Shown here piece after piece: positions 31,101 through 39,577 of a stretch of DNA of 64,000 nucleotides. The translations under genes and the position numbers were made by a program. The notes beneath the pieces are model-generated. The model saw nothing but the letters and a program-made list of their open reading frames with translations. It was not told where the DNA came from and did no database searches. The stretch's first letter is position 1. Each line of letters starts with the position of its first letter. Source of the stretch: Spirochaetota bacterium (GTDB lineage: Bacteria > Spirochaetota > UBA4802 > UBA5550); NCBI GenBank assembly GCA_041737965.1, contig JBGSQT010000001.1:33848-97847 (forward strand), given 5' to 3'.

Positions 31101-31345
31101 CGTTCCTTTTCGATTATTTTTGCCAGAGACTCGACATTCAGCGGTTCGATATAGGTTTTATCCGCCATTCCCGGGTCGGTCATGATGGTTGCGGGGTTGG
31201 AATTCACAAGAATAATGGTGTATCCCAGTTTTTTCAATGCTTTGCACGCCTGGGTTCCGGAATAATCGAATTCGCAGGCCTGGCCTATGATGATGGGACC
31301 GGAACCTATAATCAGTACTGTGTTGATGTCGTCTCTTTTTGGCAT
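28151..31345 (-). CDS. carB: Carbamoyl-phosphate synthase large subunit
   Basis: Duplicated ATP-grasp halves, N-terminus MPKR.DI..VLIIGSGPIIIGQACEFDYSG, and a C-terminal MGS-like domain. 1064 aa. Confidence 0.97.
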   Translation of the reverse strand: MPKRDDINTVLIIGSGPIIIGQACEFDYSGTQACKALKKLGYTIILVNSNPATIMTDPGMADKTYIEPLNVESLAKIIEKERPDALLPNLGGQTGLNLSSELHKKGILAKYGVKIIGVEAEAIEKGEDRIAFKETMNGLGIEMPKSSPAYSLEEAEAIAQDMGYPVVIRPAYTMGGTGGGHVYNKEELQTVASRGLSESLVGQILVEESVMGWEELELEVVRDSKNCMITVCFIENVDAMGIHTGDSFCVAPMLTIEKALQEKLQRYSYDIVEAIRVIGGTNIQFAHDPNTGRVVVIEINPRTSRSSALASKATGFPIAYVSALLACGLTLDEIPYWRDGTLDKYTPSGDYVVVKFPRWGFEKFPGVNDELGTQMKAVGEAMSIGKTYKEAFQKAIRSMETGSYGLGGVEKIRSMDLDEIMRIMTVPSSMRQYQMYEALRKGATVDQLHEKTFIKKWFITQMKELVDLEEELLAHRNGTVPRELLLRLKKDGFADRYIARLIGSDEMKIRGQRLKAGLSGRWDSVPVSGVENAAYYYSTYNADDTVPVSDKKKIMVLGGGPNRIGQGIEFDYCCVHAAFALRDGGYESIMVNCNPETVSTDYDTSDKLYFEPLTVEDVLNIYEKEKPEGMIVQFGGQTPLNIAGELLRAGVKILGTSPDSIDLAEDRDRFRNVMEAMGIPMPVSGMASTLDEAKSIAGRIGYPLIVRPSYVLGGRAMEIIHDEQMLEQYVNAAVDVSPERPILIDKFLDNAIEAEADAISDGTDAFVPAVMEHIELAGVHSGDSACVLPPVSIPQKHITTIEDYTKRIAIELKVVGLINIQYAIAGDMVYVLEANPRASRTVPLVSKVSNISMANLATRVMLGSRLKDLGLSRKALSHFGVKESVFPFNMFPEVDPLLGPEMRSTGEVLGMAPTFGIAYLKAQEAAKQYLPLSGTVLLTVNKNDRQGALEVARGLGRLGFKILATEGIHRFLNEHSVQSEPVLKVYQGRPHIVDRIKNNEIQLIINTPSGKLSEYDDSYIRKAAIKYKIPYITTVAGAMAALKGLEAKKSEDLGVTPLQEYHGA

Positions 31346-31572
31346 TGCCTGCTCCTGTGTCTGAGTATTATGGGATTAAGTATCGCTAAATATTTATATG
31401 TCAATACTAAAAATATTTTATGTCTCCGGCAATCCGAACAGCATGAATCTCGCCGGCATCCTGGAAATGGGCATGCAAAAAATTCCGTCGGCCTGTCATT
31501 TATGACTTTACTTTTATTCCAGAATGAAGCATCCATTTTGACCTCTGAATATACGCGACGAGAGGTGATCAG

Positions 31573-33153
31573 ATGAAACGCAACGCGGCGCTTTTCTGCG
31601 GGTTGATCTCCCTGTCCGCGCTCTGCTGCATGAGCGCGGTTGGCGAGCGCACCGCTGGTACGGTTTCGATAAGGGGGCTTTCCCTCGATGAGGTCCGGGA
31701 AAAAACCGTCGAGGATTACCGCACCATACAGAGATTCCGGGAGGGGCTTGCCGGAATCAACCTTTTCATGAAAACGCGACCGGACATTTTCAAACGGCCC
31801 GAAAAGTTCAACCGGAGCACCTTCAACAGCGCCGAAAGGGACACGATACTCGGAGTCTGGCGTTCCATGATCGACTACTACCTTGCCCTGGATTCTCTGC
31901 GCCGCTTCCATTCCGGCTACTGGCTTATCGGCGACAGGGACCATCAGTACGGCTCCTTTGTCTGCTACCTCTCGTCCTTTATGGCCGAATACCGATATGC
32001 CCTGGATTTTCTCGCCATAACAGAGAGGGACGACGCTTTCGCGAAGATCCTGAACGAACCTCTTCCGGAAATCGGCCTTGAGGGGAACAGCTACGCCGAG
32101 TTTAAATTCCGGTACCTCAACGTCGCCGCCGCCACCGAGTTCGCGTCGCTCCACTTTCTGTACACCGGGTACCGCGGCGAAGGGTATCCGAAAGTTGCGG
32201 GACCGGTAAACGGGGACATATCGCGGATCTGGGGTTTCGGCAAAGGGAAGGGTATCGCCATGACCGCGGCCAACGCACTGGACCTTGTGAAAAAATCCGC
32301 CTCCATCGTGTTTTTTCCGGTTCAGAGCGGCGTTGCGGAGTGGATGGGTGACACCAAGGTGTGGCGCCTTTCGAAGTCTCTCATCACCCCCCAGCAGCTG
32401 GACAGTCTTCTGCCTAAGCTGGAGCCGGGGGACGTGCTTCTGGAGAGGAGGGAGTGGTATCTCTCCAACATAGGGCTTCCGGGATTCTGGCCCCACGCGG
32501 CGCTCTTCATCGGCACTGCCGAGGAGAGGGAACGTTTTTTCGACGATCCGGACGTGGCGCAATGGGTCAGGAAGAGGGGGACCGCAAGCGGCAAGCTTGA
32601 AGATCTGCTCAAGAAAAGCTTTCCCGGCGCGTACCGGGACTTCGAGGCCCCCGACAAGGCCGGTCATCACTGCCGCGTCATAGAGGCGATGAGCGAGGGC
32701 GTACTGTTTACGTCTCTGGAGCACTCCGGCGATTGCGACGCCCTGGCGGTGCTCCGTCCGAGGCTCACAAAGCGGGAAAGGGCGGAGGCGATACTTACCG
32801 CTTTTTCATATCAGGGCAGGCCCTATGATTTCGATTTTGATTTCATGACCGACAGGACCATCGTGTGCACCGAACTGGTCTACAAATCCTACCAGCCGCG
32901 TCCCGGTTTCCGCGGCATCCAGTTCATGCTGACCGAGATGATGGGCCGCATGGTCCTGCCTGCAAACGAGATAGCCCGTCAGTACGACCTCGTGGCCGGC
33001 ACCGGTCTTCAGCAGTTCGATTTTATCGAGTTCTATGACGGCGTCGAAAAGGACGGGAAGGCGTATGTTTCAAACGTCGACGGTTTCAGGAAGAGCTGGA
33101 AGCGGCCCCGATGGCACAGTTACTCGCAGAAGACGGCTCTGGGGTTGGAATGA
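31573..33153 (+). CDS. Secreted permuted-papain (YiiX/C92, NlpC/P60 superfamily)-like protein
   Basis: Signal peptide. Blocks GDVLLER...FWPHAALFIG...VIEAMSEGV and YDFDFDF...IVCTELVYKSY resemble the C92 permuted catalytic arrangement. Confidence 0.5.
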   Translation: MKRNAALFCGLISLSALCCMSAVGERTAGTVSIRGLSLDEVREKTVEDYRTIQRFREGLAGINLFMKTRPDIFKRPEKFNRSTFNSAERDTILGVWRSMIDYYLALDSLRRFHSGYWLIGDRDHQYGSFVCYLSSFMAEYRYALDFLAITERDDAFAKILNEPLPEIGLEGNSYAEFKFRYLNVAAATEFASLHFLYTGYRGEGYPKVAGPVNGDISRIWGFGKGKGIAMTAANALDLVKKSASIVFFPVQSGVAEWMGDTKVWRLSKSLITPQQLDSLLPKLEPGDVLLERREWYLSNIGLPGFWPHAALFIGTAEERERFFDDPDVAQWVRKRGTASGKLEDLLKKSFPGAYRDFEAPDKAGHHCRVIEAMSEGVLFTSLEHSGDCDALAVLRPRLTKRERAEAILTAFSYQGRPYDFDFDFMTDRTIVCTELVYKSYQPRPGFRGIQFMLTEMMGRMVLPANEIARQYDLVAGTGLQQFDFIEFYDGVEKDGKAYVSNVDGFRKSWKRPRWHSYSQKTALGLE

Positions 33154-34016
33154 TGTCGCGGCGGAACAGAGGATCCTCCCGCCGTGGGTCGAACGTGAGC
33201 GATCACGGATTCAGGCTGAAAGTATACATCGCCATCTTTGCCGCGGTGATGGCGATCGGGACGGTCGGATTCATGGCGACCGAGGGGAGGACGCTTTTCG
33301 ATTCGGCCTACTATACGGTCGTGACCGTGGCCACGGTCGGGTACGGCGACATCCATCCGGAAACACCGGCGGGGAAGGCGATCGCCATTATGATTATTTT
33401 ATTCGGCACCGGCACTTTTCTGGGGGTCGTCGCCACCGCCACCGAGATGATGCTCTCAAGGCGCGAGGAGCGGTCCAGGCATGACAAGCTCAATATTCTG
33501 GCGGGGCTTTTTTTCAGCGAGATCGGCTTGAGTGTCCTGAAAACAGCGTCGATCAAGGACAGCGCCATCGGTTCCATCCGGAAGACCCTTGCGTCCGCGG
33601 GAAAATGGACCGACGCCGACGTGTCCGCAATCAGGACATACTTCTCGGGACACGAGTCCGACCTCGCGCCGCTTCCCGCCGATTTCGAACTGCTCCGGGG
33701 AATCCTGAAGGAAAACCAGTACCTTATGATTCAGCTCCTGGAAAATCCGGTGCTGGTGGAGCACGAACATTTCACCGACATACTTCGCGCCGCCTTTCAT
33801 TTTAACGAGGAGCTGAGAAGCAGGAACGATTTCCGTGAACTCCCTCCAAGCGATTTGGAGCACCTGAAAGGGGACCTGAAGCGGCTGTACGATTTCCTGA
33901 TCCCGCAGTGGGTCGACTACATGGTGTTTTTAAAGGAAAATTATCCGTACCTTTTCTCCCTCGCGGTGAGGACCAACCCATTCTGTGACCGTGAGGACGC
34001 CCGCGTGATCGGGTGA
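33150..34016 (+). CDS. Two-TM potassium channel with an uncharacterised helical C-terminal domain
   Basis: Selectivity filter TVATVGYGD between two TM helices. ATG 33150 overlaps the upstream stop (ATGA). Confidence 0.78.
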   Translation: MMSRRNRGSSRRGSNVSDHGFRLKVYIAIFAAVMAIGTVGFMATEGRTLFDSAYYTVVTVATVGYGDIHPETPAGKAIAIMIILFGTGTFLGVVATATEMMLSRREERSRHDKLNILAGLFFSEIGLSVLKTASIKDSAIGSIRKTLASAGKWTDADVSAIRTYFSGHESDLAPLPADFELLRGILKENQYLMIQLLENPVLVEHEHFTDILRAAFHFNEELRSRNDFRELPPSDLEHLKGDLKRLYDFLIPQWVDYMVFLKENYPYLFSLAVRTNPFCDREDARVIG

Positions 34017-34029
34017 CGCGCTCCCCGGA

Positions 34030-34410
34030 TCAGAACAGCCCCAGCTGGCACGAGTTGATTTTTACGCCCATCACATCGCAGGCGGCGCCGATTTCCTCAC
34101 GCGCGGCGCCTGCAAGCTCGGCTATGTCCCAAGCCTGGCGGCAGGTGATGCTCCCGTTTCCGGAAAGCGCGTCTATTGCCGCCCTTACCGGGCCACGTAC
34201 CGCGCCGTGCGGCGGATCCTTTCGGCGCCGGAGCAGCCCCAGCCTGCACTGGCGCACTTTTATCGAAAGTGAATCCGCTTTTTCGCCGAGCATCACCGGG
34301 TCGGCGCCCATTCTGTCAGCGCACCGGAAAAGCTCATCGCAGGTGACCGAGCCGGCGCTATGGTCGATTCCGCAGTGTCTATAAAATGCGTCGTCTTTGA
34401 TTTCTGCCAT
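34030..34410 (-). CDS. Small protein made of two tandem Cys-containing repeats (126 aa)
   Basis: Internal duplication: SVTCDELFRCADRMGADP..IKVRQCRLGLL versus SITCRQAWDIAELAGAAR..VKINSCQLGLF. I recognise no family. Confidence 0.5.
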   Translation of the reverse strand: MAEIKDDAFYRHCGIDHSAGSVTCDELFRCADRMGADPVMLGEKADSLSIKVRQCRLGLLRRRKDPPHGAVRGPVRAAIDALSGNGSITCRQAWDIAELAGAAREEIGAACDVMGVKINSCQLGLF

Positions 34411-34428
34411 AACCCGCGTTTTCCAGTG

Positions 34429-35922
34429 TCAGTAGACGGCGATCCAGTGCTCGAGGACGCGGTCCATGGCATCCTTCATGCGTTCGTTCCACCAGTAGGC
34501 GCGGTTGCGGACGTCCCTTTCGCGCCTGTCCGGGTCCCGCTCGAAAGCGCGCCTTTTTTCCCGGTCGGTGATAAAAAAGGAGAAGAGTAGCCTTCGGTGG
34601 GAACTGGTGAAAATGTAGCCCGATAGGCCGATGGCGTAATTAATGGTGCCGGTTTTCCCCCACACATGAAAGGCGGTATTCGGCCCGTAGAGGCGCGAGA
34701 GCATCGACCATTCCCATCCGGACGCGGGGAGCATGGAGATGAAGGTGCGTTCGCCGTAGGTCCTTGAATCCGCGTAGACCAGCGCCCCCAGCATCTGTGA
34801 GGGGGTCACGGAGTTTCCGCTCGTCAGTCCCGACCCGTTTTCAAGGCGGAAACCGGACCAGTCGATTCCGCGGACCCGGGATCTGACATACGCGGCAACC
34901 GCTTCGCCTGATTCCGCGAGCGGGAGGCTCCTTCCGGCGAGCTTGCGTGCCGAGGCCAGGAGCATCAGCTCCGCCATGATGTTGTTGCTGTAGGTAAGGG
35001 TGATTTCCGCGATCTGCGAGAGAGGCCGTCCCCTGTGCGCCGCCACCTCCCGAGTTCCCGATGGAACGGCGCCCGCTTTCGGCTCCGGAAGGATGACTCC
35101 GTGCATGGCGCAGGCCTTTCTGAACATGAAGGCGGTGTAGAGACCGGGGTTGTGCACCGGAAGGCGCTCGCTTCCGCCCCGTTTTTCCTCGGGTGAAAGA
35201 AGCCATCGCTCCCTGATTCCGCTCCTCACAAGCTTGAAGGGGATGCCTTTTCCCGGGGATTCACCCGCGATTCCGGCGCCGTAGAACGGCATGTCCGGAA
35301 TCAGCGTGATTTTCATGGAGTCCCGGTCTCTGTCGTCCCTTTCCCAGCGGGCGATGAAGGTGTTGTATTCCAGGGAGAGGGCGCTGATTCCCGGATTGTA
35401 CGATACGTCCTCGTCCATGGACGGGTCGATCATGTCGGCGCGGTACAGGGCGGTTTCGTCGTAATAGAAATTTCCGGCCACCTCCCGGAGGCCGGCCGCC
35501 TTCAGTCTTGCCGCCAGGAGCATGAGGTCGGCCATTGCCAGCAGAGGGTCGCCGGTACCGCGAAGATACAAATCTCCCGCCAGGCGGCCCTGTACGATGT
35601 CGCCCGCGGCGTGTATAAAAGTATCAAACCTGAAATCCGGTCCCAGTATGTCCAGGGCGGCCAGGATGGTGAGAATTTTTGTGACCGACGCAGGGATGAA
35701 GGGCACGTCCCTGTTGTGACTCTGGATCACGGTCCCGGTTTCCGGGTCGTAGAGGATGAATCCGCTCATGTCCGCGGGGAGATCATTTGTCCTGATAAGC
35801 TCGCCGCTGTCGCCGCTCTGGTCGGGGCCGAGTGACACGGTCACCGGCTCCGGTTTTCCGGCACAGCCGGATACAGAGATCAGAAAAAGTGTAATTGTTA
35901 CCGCCGCCAGTACCGGGCGCAT
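34429..35922 (-). CDS. dacB: D-alanyl-D-alanine carboxypeptidase/endopeptidase (PBP4, peptidase S13)
   Basis: Lipoprotein-like signal (ISVSGC), SxxK (ASVTK), SxN (YSNN) and KTG (GKTGT). Confidence 0.85.
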   Translation of the reverse strand: MRPVLAAVTITLFLISVSGCAGKPEPVTVSLGPDQSGDSGELIRTNDLPADMSGFILYDPETGTVIQSHNRDVPFIPASVTKILTILAALDILGPDFRFDTFIHAAGDIVQGRLAGDLYLRGTGDPLLAMADLMLLAARLKAAGLREVAGNFYYDETALYRADMIDPSMDEDVSYNPGISALSLEYNTFIARWERDDRDRDSMKITLIPDMPFYGAGIAGESPGKGIPFKLVRSGIRERWLLSPEEKRGGSERLPVHNPGLYTAFMFRKACAMHGVILPEPKAGAVPSGTREVAAHRGRPLSQIAEITLTYSNNIMAELMLLASARKLAGRSLPLAESGEAVAAYVRSRVRGIDWSGFRLENGSGLTSGNSVTPSQMLGALVYADSRTYGERTFISMLPASGWEWSMLSRLYGPNTAFHVWGKTGTINYAIGLSGYIFTSSHRRLLFSFFITDREKRRAFERDPDRRERDVRNRAYWWNERMKDAMDRVLEHWIAVY

Positions 35923-36084
35923 CGGAAAAACCTCCGTACAGTGTCATGCAGTTTCATTAAGTGTCATGGCCAAATGTGAAACCCAGTGTTATCCCGGGTC
36001 CGGCTCAATGCAACAATTAATTGCACATGGGGGAGATAATACCGAGGAATAATGGTTTGACACCTGCGGACGACCCCGCCATGG

Positions 36085-36999
36085 ATGGTTCTCATGACAC
36101 GATATGAAGGCGAAGAGTATGATGACGCGGCCATGGTGGCCGAGTTCAGAAGGGAATACTCCCCGTTGCCGCAGGCGCCTGCCGCGGGCGGCAACGCGGT
36201 CACCCGGTTTAATCAGATTCTGTACGGCTATTACCGGGACCACGGGCGTCACGATCTTCCCTGGAGGCATACCGGTGATCCCTATCATATCGCGGTATCC
36301 GAGATCATGCTTCAGCAGACTCAGGTGCACAGGGTCGTGCCGAAATACATTGAATTCATCGGGCGCTTTCCGACTCTTCGGGACCTTGCGGCGGCATCGG
36401 GGGAGGAGGTTCTCTCGGCCTGGCAGGGTCTCGGGTACAACCGGAGGGCGCTCTATCTCCACCGCTTCGCCGGCCAGGTGCTGGAGCGTTATTCCGGCGC
36501 GATTCCCGATGAGCCCATGGAACTCGCGTCCCTGCCGGGGATCGGACAGGCTACCGCGTCTTCCATCGCGGTGTTCGCCTTTAACCGCGGTATCCCTTTC
36601 ATCGAAACCAACATCAGGGCAGTGTTCATCCACTTCTTTTTCTGCGATCGCCTGCAGGTGCGGGACGGTGAAATACTGCCGTTTGTTGAAGCTGCCATGG
36701 ACAGGCGTGATCCCAGGAAATGGTTTTCCGCGCTCATGGATTACGGCACCATGCTGAAAAGGCTCCATCCCAATCCCGGGAGGAAAAGCGCCCATTACCG
36801 AACACAGCCGAAGTTCAGAGGTTCCAGAAGGGAGATGAGAGGGAAGGTGATCCGCGCCATGCTCCTCCTGAGGCGCGCCACGTTGGAAGAGCTGGCTGAT
36901 CGATGCGGCAGGTCCCTCGATGAAGCCGCCGCCGCGGTGAGCGGTCTTGAAAAAGAGGGGTTTCTCCGAAGGGAGGGGGGTTTTTTTGTGATTCCCTGA
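36085..36999 (+). CDS. HhH-GPD DNA glycosylase related to MutY/endonuclease III, lacking the Fe-S cluster loop
   Basis: LPWR....PY...SEIMLQQTQV and GLGYNRRA are MutY-like, and LPGIGQATA is the HhH motif. There are only 2 Cys and no Cx6Cx2Cx5C. The C-terminus looks like a winged helix. Confidence 0.72.
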   Translation: MVLMTRYEGEEYDDAAMVAEFRREYSPLPQAPAAGGNAVTRFNQILYGYYRDHGRHDLPWRHTGDPYHIAVSEIMLQQTQVHRVVPKYIEFIGRFPTLRDLAAASGEEVLSAWQGLGYNRRALYLHRFAGQVLERYSGAIPDEPMELASLPGIGQATASSIAVFAFNRGIPFIETNIRAVFIHFFFCDRLQVRDGEILPFVEAAMDRRDPRKWFSALMDYGTMLKRLHPNPGRKSAHYRTQPKFRGSRREMRGKVIRAMLLLRRATLEELADRCGRSLDEAAAAVSGLEKEGFLRREGGFFVIP

Positions 37000-37013
37000 G
37001 TATCTCCCCGGTC

Positions 37014-37958
37014 CTATCTGTTCATGTCGAGTTCCATCCTGACGCGCTCACGGCCACCTTCTTTTTCAGGCGATCCGGGAGACGTCTTCATTGACCCGAG
37101 TTTTCCAAGCTCCCTCAGAAGGTCGGCGTATTTTCCGCGGGGAAGCTCGATTGTATAGAAGGTTCCCCCCTGCCGGCGTGTCGAGCGAGTGATTGTGCCT
37201 GACAGGCCGGCGACGATGTCTTCCACGCCTGCGATTCTGTCCATTTCCACCGCAGACGATTTTTCTGAAAACGATAGTCCTCCCGAACCCGCGGCAGAAT
37301 CATCCCGCCTTTCCCTTGACCTTAAGGCGACTGCCGTCTGATCAGTCTCCTCGCGATCATCCGTAACTGCAGAGCGGTTGACCGAAAGAGCGATGACAAT
37401 GATTTCGCCGCCCCTGTATTCGTCCGCACTTTTTTCCATGGGCCTGCCGCTTTCTGCGGCTGGGAGGATTTCAGTGTCAATAATGGTGACGGCGCGGGAG
37501 CCGGGGATAGCCGTTTTTCCGGCGTTCACGCGCGCGGGGTGTTGAGTCCGGAGGACCGCAACTGACGGTTGTTCCCGCATCGACTGTTCAGCCGGCCCTG
37601 CGGCCTGCCGGACAGGCGTAAACAGCGGCCTCAGAAAAAAAGCCGCAATCAGGGATGCCGCCGCGAGCCCGGCCAAGGCCGCGGGGACCTTTACGCGGCG
37701 ATGGGAATACAGATATGTGAGTCTCCGAAAAGGAGATTCCTTTTCAATTCTCGTCATAGTGCATTCAACGAAGTCCGCGGGCGGGGCGACGGTGTCGGCT
37801 TTGCTGATCCGCCTGAAGTAGGCCCTGGTCTTTCCGAGCTCTTCCCGGCAGGGTGCGCACTCCTCAAGGTGCTTCGCGATTTCCCGTCTGACCGCGGGAT
37901 CAACTTTTTCCCTCACGTAATCGTGCAGAAGGTCCAGCACGTGGCCGTTGCGGTTCAT
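37014..37958 (-). CDS. Anti-sigma factor (zf-HC2 type) with one TM helix and an extracytoplasmic domain
   Basis: HLEECAPCREEL zinc motif and TM segment AALAGLAAASLIAAFFL. The ATG overlaps the sigma-factor stop (ATGA at 37955-37958). Confidence 0.72.
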   Translation of the reverse strand: MNRNGHVLDLLHDYVREKVDPAVRREIAKHLEECAPCREELGKTRAYFRRISKADTVAPPADFVECTMTRIEKESPFRRLTYLYSHRRVKVPAALAGLAAASLIAAFFLRPLFTPVRQAAGPAEQSMREQPSVAVLRTQHPARVNAGKTAIPGSRAVTIIDTEILPAAESGRPMEKSADEYRGGEIIVIALSVNRSAVTDDREETDQTAVALRSRERRDDSAAGSGGLSFSEKSSAVEMDRIAGVEDIVAGLSGTITRSTRRQGGTFYTIELPRGKYADLLRELGKLGSMKTSPGSPEKEGGRERVRMELDMNR

Positions 37959-38587
37959 AGAACCCCCTGGAGAAGGCCCCGAAGAATGCGGCGGGCCCTG
38001 GCGAGCTTCGATTTTACAGTGCCCAGCTTCATGCCGCAAAGAATGGCGATCTCATCATACGGCTTGTCCTCAAAATCCCGAAGCACGACGAGTATTCTGA
38101 GATCGGCGGGGAGTGAATTGACAGCCCTTCTGACTTCGCGTCCGCCTTCGTCCCTGTCCAGTGATTCCTGCGGGTCCCAGCGGCGGTCCGGCGCGTCCAG
38201 GGGGTTCCTGTCGGATATTCCGCTCTGGTCGAGAGACATCGCCCGCTTCCGAAACCTGGCGTGGGAGGAGGTGAGGCTGTTCCGGCAGGTGTTCACCGCT
38301 ATACGGTACGCCCATGTGGCAAAGCTGGATTTGAACTTGAAGGAATGAATGTTTCGGTAGATTTTTACAAAGGTTTCCTGGGCGCAGTCGTTTGCGTCGT
38401 CGTAATCGCCCATTATTCTGTAACAGAGATTGAACACCATATTCATATGCGCTTCAATAAGCTTTCGGAACGCGCCTTCTTCACCGTGTAAAAAGTCCCG
38501 GATCAGTGTGTCGTCACGAATGGTCTCGTTTCCGTCGTTTCTATTCATTAGACAGCGATATACCGTAAAAGATCTATGTTTTTTCAT
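37955..38587 (-). CDS. ECF-subfamily RNA polymerase sigma-70 factor
   Basis: Region 2 (AQETFVKIYRNIHSF....FATWAYRIAVN) and region 4 (LRDFEDKPYDEIA..CGMKLGTVKSKLARAR). Confidence 0.9.
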   Translation of the reverse strand: MKKHRSFTVYRCLMNRNDGNETIRDDTLIRDFLHGEEGAFRKLIEAHMNMVFNLCYRIMGDYDDANDCAQETFVKIYRNIHSFKFKSSFATWAYRIAVNTCRNSLTSSHARFRKRAMSLDQSGISDRNPLDAPDRRWDPQESLDRDEGGREVRRAVNSLPADLRILVVLRDFEDKPYDEIAILCGMKLGTVKSKLARARRILRGLLQGVL

Positions 38588-38791
38588 ACTACGGGCGCTA
38601 TTCTTTGCGCAATAACATTACGGGATATAATGGAAAAACATGTCATCTTTTTTACGCGGTTTGATTCTCCTGCTGTCCATGGCGGTGCGCGGAAAAGTGA
38701 GAAAAATAAGCATATTGTTGAAAATATGCATGTATATGGCGTGGTTCTAATTCTGTCCGCCCTCTTAAGCAGCTATAAGGTGAAAAAATAC

Positions 38792-38821
38792 TTGCAATAG
38801 TACCATTCGTATCGATACAAT
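38792..38821 (+). promoter_or_regulatory. Candidate sigma-70 promoter for the zinc-ribbon gene
   Basis: TTGCAA, an 18-nt spacer, then TACAAT, about 40 nt upstream of ATG 38861. Confidence 0.4.
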
Positions 38822-38860
38822 TAATTAATATGAAAAACAGGTGAATACGGGAAGTGCAAC

Positions 38861-39286
38861 ATGAAATGTCCTCGATGTAAAAAGAACCTGTCAACAAAAA
38901 CGATTGAAGACCAGAAAATAGACTTCTGTGAATCCTGCAACGGCCTCTGGCTTCATAAACACCAGCTTAACAGGCTTGTCGGCGAAAGCAGCGGCGATGT
39001 TGAAATGTGCTCTATTGACCACAAGCCCCATACCGACAGGTTTCCCCCGATTGAGTGCAGGGAATGCGCCGGTGTGGTCATGGACAAGATCAATTTCCTG
39101 GATTATTCAGACATAATCCTTGATCACTGTCCCAGCTGCGGCTCCTTCTGGCTTGATAAAGACGAACTTGAAAAAATGCAAGTCTATATCAATGATGTTG
39201 AAACAGGGGCGCATGAGGTGAAAGACGGCGTAGCGTACGGGTTTCTCGTCCGGGTGAGCAGATTGTTATACTCGATTTTTCATTGA
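38861..39286 (+). CDS. Double zinc-ribbon protein (TFIIB-type zf / zf-TFIIB-like)
   Basis: Two copies of CPxC...CxxCxGxWLdk..L (CPRC..CESCNGLWLHKHQL and CREC..CPSCGSFWLDKDEL). Confidence 0.65.
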   Translation: MKCPRCKKNLSTKTIEDQKIDFCESCNGLWLHKHQLNRLVGESSGDVEMCSIDHKPHTDRFPPIECRECAGVVMDKINFLDYSDIILDHCPSCGSFWLDKDELEKMQVYINDVETGAHEVKDGVAYGFLVRVSRLLYSIFH

Positions 39287-39360
39287 ACAAGGTCAATAAA
39301 GGGTGATTGGGCGGTGTGCGGACACCTGCCCGGAGCCGCGGCCGTCTGGCACAATAAATT

Positions 39361-39394
39361 AAAAAGACCGGTGGTCACGGTTTCGGTTTTTTTT
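39361..39394 (+). terminator. Probable intrinsic terminator
   Basis: aaaaagaccg pairs with cggttttttt (one G-U) around a 12-nt loop, ending in a T8 run. Confidence 0.45.
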
Positions 39395-39577
39395 AATATG
39401 GTTTTCGGTAATTGGTGTACCCCGGGAAAACAAATGATAACGCAGTCCTTAGAAGTTTCATTATATAAATAAAGGTGGATAATAATATTCCCGCGTTTAT
39501 AGAAAATTTAGTGAACATGAATGTATTGACTTTTCATAGGCATCTTTTTATTCTGGAACATCTATCATATAAGGACA

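Noticed and set aside
31312-32724. A 470-aa minus-strand ORF.
   Set aside because: It is antisense to the 526-aa secreted C92-like gene and overlaps the carB start region. It has no motifs, no RBS context, and arginine/proline-rich junk-like sequence.
34411-34431. The dacB TGA stop is in the same frame as the downstream 126-aa ORF, which could indicate a second Sec read-through.
   Set aside because: PBP4 already ends at a normal C-terminus. The 18-nt linker has no SECIS-like hairpin, and the downstream ORF has its own ATG. Sharing a frame has a one-in-three chance expectation.
35989-36795. A 268-aa minus-strand ORF and an overlapping 217-aa plus-strand alternative frame.
   Set aside because: Both overlap the MutY-like gene, the only frame with recognisable HhH-GPD motifs.
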